Program-made: the position numbers and the translations under genes | The notes under the pieces: generated by a model | The model's database searches: none | The model's input: the letters and a program-made list of their open reading frames with translations, nothing else | Told to the model about the DNA's origin: nothing | In this document: positions 58,620 to 61,928 of the stretch, piece after piece | How the letters are laid out: every line of letters starts with the position of its first letter | How positions within the stretch are numbered: position 1 is the stretch's first letter | From: Halobacteriota archaeon | GTDB taxonomy: Archaea; Halobacteriota; Bog-38; Methanoflorentales; Methanoflorentaceae | DNA: 61,928 nt | Reading direction: 5' to 3' | NCBI GenBank assembly: GCA_050011655.1 | Contig: JBEKIR010000002.1 | Span: 1-61,928 of the forward strand

Positions 58620-59310
58620 TCAAGAACCGAAAAAGGCTGAGATCGATCTTTGGAAAAGCCTTATGAGGCCACCACGGCAGAGCTCCGAGGCGAAAACGTG
58701 GTCAGAAACGGACCTGATTCTCCTATTTCAGAACACCCCGACTCCTATAATTGCGGACGCCATGGATGGGCGCAATGTGCTGAGCTGTCTTAAGCCCGTT
58801 TTGCCGCACGTGACCATTGTGGGGCCCGCAGTTACCGTTAAAACGAATCCGACCGACTGGGGCACCGTGGTCAGTGCTATTGACGTGGCTTCCATTGGCG
58901 ACGTACTGTTCATTGACGCTTCTGGTTCCAATTTCGCGGTATGGGGTGGTCTAACTTCTCGGGCAGCGCAACGGCGTGGGCTTGCCGGTACAACCGTATA
59001 CGGAAGCTGTCGAGACATTACAACCATAGATGCACTTCAGTACCCAGTGTGGGCAAAAGAGATAACTCCGCGTGCCGGAAGGCCGCTTAACAAGGGAGAG
59101 GTGAATGTTTCGCTCGTCGTCAATGGATTTTCAATACGACCGCGTGATCTGGTGAAAGCCGATGCTCACGGAGTCGTCATAATCCCATCGGCTGACAGTC
59201 CAGCCGTCGCAGACCGAGTCTTACAGGTAGTTCGCAGGGAGCACCTGATAGAGACCGAACTAAAGAAGGGAAGAAGCTTTAGTGAACTACTAGGGGATCT
59301 TTCATCCTAA
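58606..59310 (+). CDS. RraA-family protein (HMG/CHA aldolase / oxaloacetate decarboxylase-like)
   Basis: IADAMDG...IVGPAVTVK...GDVLFIDASG..AVWGGLTSRAAQRRGLAGTTVYGSCRD are RraA-fold motifs. Start is TTG 58606 or ATG 58663. Confidence 0.75.
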   Translation: MPLSNQEPKKAEIDLWKSLMRPPRQSSEAKTWSETDLILLFQNTPTPIIADAMDGRNVLSCLKPVLPHVTIVGPAVTVKTNPTDWGTVVSAIDVASIGDVLFIDASGSNFAVWGGLTSRAAQRRGLAGTTVYGSCRDITTIDALQYPVWAKEITPRAGRPLNKGEVNVSLVVNGFSIRPRDLVKADAHGVVIIPSADSPAVADRVLQVVRREHLIETELKKGRSFSELLGDLSS

Positions 59311-59347
59311 CACGGCTTTATATAGCATTAGCCCCCAAAAAAGAGCA

Positions 59348-59917
59348 ATGGTCACGAATGAGCTTGCTGGCGTCTTCTTACACAAAAAGCCCACGTCACT
59401 GCTGCTCACGATCCGAACGTACGATCGAACCTACGTATCGGTCCTGGCTAAGGAATGCAACTGCACGTACCCGCACGCCGTAAAAACGCTTTGGGGCATG
59501 GAGCAGCTTGGCTTGTTACGATCAGAAAAAGTCGGCAGGGTCAAGTTCGTGGAACTCACCGATCACGGCAGAGTTGTCGCCGACTCACTTAATGATCTGG
59601 TGCTTAGCTTCGGTGTTAATGAAGCGGCGATGAAGAACGACGCGGGGCACATAAATCAAAAGATCAACAACGTAATCCGCAAAGTCGAAGCGATCCAGAA
59701 AGATCTAGATGAGGGAAACGATATTAGCCGAGATGAGGCCATTCACTTCAACAGGAGGCTGGGGCCTTATTATCGCGAACTCAACTCGATCCGACTTCTT
59801 TTGGAAACACAACCAAATAGTCCCCTTCGCACTAAAGTTGACGCGCTGGGAAGAACGCTTAATAAGGTAAAGAGGGAAATCGCGACGAAACGGATGCCGC
59901 AAGCGATCACTACCTAA
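59348..59917 (+). CDS. winged-helix DNA-binding protein with C-terminal coiled-coil
   Basis: YVSVLAKECNCTYPHAVKTLWGMEQLGLLRSEKVGRVKFVELTDHG resembles MarR/TrmB-type wHTH. Weakly supported. Confidence 0.5.
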   Translation: MVTNELAGVFLHKKPTSLLLTIRTYDRTYVSVLAKECNCTYPHAVKTLWGMEQLGLLRSEKVGRVKFVELTDHGRVVADSLNDLVLSFGVNEAAMKNDAGHINQKINNVIRKVEAIQKDLDEGNDISRDEAIHFNRRLGPYYRELNSIRLLLETQPNSPLRTKVDALGRTLNKVKREIATKRMPQAITT

Positions 59918-60872
59918 CGGGATAAAAGTCTTTCACGCGTGTCGTGTCTTCTAGAAATGGCGTGGAAGCTTCATATAGAACCGTGTCCGTGCTTGCGACG
60001 ATCGTATGCTTTTCGTAAGGTTTGATGCGGATGGTGTCTCCCACTTCGAAGTACTCTCTACGATCGTCAAATTCAATGTAGCCCGTGCCCCGCACGATGA
60101 GCATGGTCTCGTCTTTGTTTTTATGATAATGATACGACGATTGGTAGCCTTCGCGAATATATAGCTCCTTGAGCAAGTAGAGCTCAGTTATTATCTGAAC
60201 CTTCTCATATCCCCACGGCTTTGCCGTTTTATTGTGAAATTCTGTGAGAATCCTTTTTTTCCCGTCTTCAGTGTAAAAAGTGCCCCAGAAGTTCGCCTCT
60301 TCGTACACGTCAAGCTGCCCGAGACCCGCCAGCAGGGGAAGCACCTCTTCTAATTCGTCTCCGAGCAAAAATTGGCCGAGCTCACACCCTTTTCGAACAC
60401 AGAGGATACCGCCATAAACCGCACGTGACTCCCATTCGAACAAAGCTCCAGACACGCGGTCAGTGGAGCCGTACGACTCTGCGCCGGTAGCAGCATAGAT
60501 CAATACAGGTGCCGCCGCGTGGGTGAACTTCATAATCATCTTTTTTAAGTTGATGTCAGCAACAACGCCGCAATCCATAACGAGGACATCGTCATCCATC
60601 TTGGCGAGTACGGATACAATGTTTTTGAACGTTCTGGTGGCTTGCTCGTAACTGAGTTTGACACCTTTGCGCTCGCTTCCGAGTGCATCCTGCACCGAGG
60701 AAAAAGAAACACTGGTCAGAAGCACTGCTTCGCGTAGTCCAACAGTGGCGAGATCGAGCACGAGCTTGTCGATTACCGTAAATCCCTCGGTCAAAGAAAT
60801 TAGCGCGTTTGAGCTGCCCTTGTAGATGCTTTGCTCTTTTCCGTAACCGTCACATAAGATCAGTGCTTTCAT
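59910..60872 (-). CDS. nucleotidyltransferase-like N-terminal domain fused to a cupin (type II mannose-6-phosphate isomerase-like) domain
   Basis: MKALILCDGYGKE at the N-terminus. The C-terminal PWGYEK...REGYQSSYHYHKNKDETMLIVRGTG..GD...P...H is the cupin two-motif pattern. Confidence 0.65.
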   Translation of the reverse strand: MKALILCDGYGKEQSIYKGSSNALISLTEGFTVIDKLVLDLATVGLREAVLLTSVSFSSVQDALGSERKGVKLSYEQATRTFKNIVSVLAKMDDDVLVMDCGVVADINLKKMIMKFTHAAAPVLIYAATGAESYGSTDRVSGALFEWESRAVYGGILCVRKGCELGQFLLGDELEEVLPLLAGLGQLDVYEEANFWGTFYTEDGKKRILTEFHNKTAKPWGYEKVQIITELYLLKELYIREGYQSSYHYHKNKDETMLIVRGTGYIEFDDRREYFEVGDTIRIKPYEKHTIVASTDTVLYEASTPFLEDTTRVKDFYPVR

Positions 60873-61050
60873 GACAACTCCACTGAAGTGATAGGTAACA
60901 ATGTATATGGCTTTTTTTGATGGCGTTAGGCTTTTTGAGGGCCGCGCGTTTTGGCTTCGAACCGAAATTTTATTAAGTAGCTGCCGAAATACGCACTATG
61001 CACACCAAAATGGGGTCTGCGCTCAGTTTTTTGTCATGGAGAAGCGGTAA

Positions 61051-61928
61051 ATGAACATAGTAATGGTAACAAGCTGGTCGCCGCGACACTGCGGCATCGC
61101 TACCTACAGCTCGGAGCTAGTCGGCGCCTTGCGAAAGAATGGTCACCATGTCGATATTGTTTGTCATACAGACGAGGAATTTGGCGGACACCGCGAAGAG
61201 GGCGTTTATCCCATCATCGACACTAACGACCCCGGATGGGACGAAAAAGTTTATTCAACGGTGCAGCAAATCAAGCCCGATGTGGTCCATATTCAGCACG
61301 AGTATGGGCTCTATTTAACGCACGGCGATTATGGAGGCCGAATCCTGCCGCTCCTTTTTCGACTCAAGTTGGAGAAGATCCCCTCCGTCATGACCTATCA
61401 TTCCATCTATACGTCTCTTGATCGCCCTGAAGCAATATTTACGGACGTCAGTCTACGACTGCTCGATTCTGCAATCGTCCACGCCGAAGTCCAAAAGCTA
61501 TTTCTGCCCTACAACCTTGACTGGATCCCGCACAACGTACACGTCATATCGCACGGCGCCAAAGAGGTCGTACCCGATCCTCTGGCAAAAGAGCGCTTCG
61601 GCCTTGCTGGCAAGAAGGTCGCACTTTGTATAGGATGGTTTGAGCCAAACAAACGGTTCGAGGACGTAATCGAAATCTGGCCGGAAGTCATTCGTGAAGC
61701 GGGTAAGGCGGCGATACTATTGATCGCCGGCGACGCTCGACCAGGTTCGAGCACGGGAATTAAGTATAAAGAACAATTACTGCGCAAGATTGAAGAGTCC
61801 CCCGCAAAAGACAACATCAAGACGATACTAGGCGCTTTTGACCCAGATACCTATGATAGCATTATTTCGGCATCAGATTTCGTCGTCCTTCCCTACAAGC
61901 ACGCATCGCAAAGCGGCAATCTCGCACA
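61051..61928 (+). CDS. glycosyltransferase family 4, partial (runs off the window end)
   Basis: MNIVMVTSWSPRHCGIATYSSELV... is paralogous to the N-terminus of 38379..39644. The frame is open to the window edge, so it is not in the ORF track. GGAGA lies 8 nt upstream. Confidence 0.75.
   Translation, partial: MNIVMVTSWSPRHCGIATYSSELVGALRKNGHHVDIVCHTDEEFGGHREEGVYPIIDTNDPGWDEKVYSTVQQIKPDVVHIQHEYGLYLTHGDYGGRILPLLFRLKLEKIPSVMTYHSIYTSLDRPEAIFTDVSLRLLDSAIVHAEVQKLFLPYNLDWIPHNVHVISHGAKEVVPDPLAKERFGLAGKKVALCIGWFEPNKRFEDVIEIWPEVIREAGKAAILLIAGDARPGSSTGIKYKEQLLRKIEESPAKDNIKTILGAFDPDTYDSIISASDFVVLPYKHASQSGNLA

Overview
This is an archaeal chromosomal segment. The evidence is a group II chaperonin (thermosome), an archaeal histone, TiaS, an Sm-like protein, FtsZ, the secE-spt5-L11-L1-P0-P1 cluster, archaeal-type TPI and DtdA, and a Fae-Hps fusion. 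Shine-Dalgarno-like GGAGG motifs and BRE/TATA-like boxes sit in front of many genes. I cannot place it more precisely than a euryarchaeon-like organism, possibly related to methanogens. Most of the window is housekeeping: Fe-S assembly, archaeosine precursor genes queC/queE, amtB-glnK, acs, purL, translation and cell division genes, and glycosyltransferases. I found no rRNA genes and no CRISPR array, and only one tRNA, an initiator-type tRNA-Met(CAU). The unusual part runs from about 21.9 to 34.7 kb. It looks like a decaying accessory island. It holds a tyrosine-recombinase C-terminal fragment with no start codon, a small HNH endonuclease and two broken genes (one with an in-frame TAA, one with a frameshift). 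It also holds an orphan 722-aa helical-repeat protein ending in a PD-(D/E)xK-like nuclease motif, many small hypothetical genes, and about 1.3 kb without convincing ORFs. About 450 nt of that stretch (33289-33740) is dense in stable helices and sits between a 12-nt direct repeat. Elsewhere there are four further points of interest. Remnants of an iorA/paaK module flank a TPR gene. An endonuclease V homologue has two of its metal-binding aspartates replaced. SecE carries a sequon-rich C-terminal tail. A GGAA-N6-TTCC (NrpR-type) palindrome lies upstream of amtB-glnK. I did not recognise a clearly defined new multi-gene system. The best candidates are flagged with the limits stated. All functional calls rest on motif recognition by eye, with no database search.
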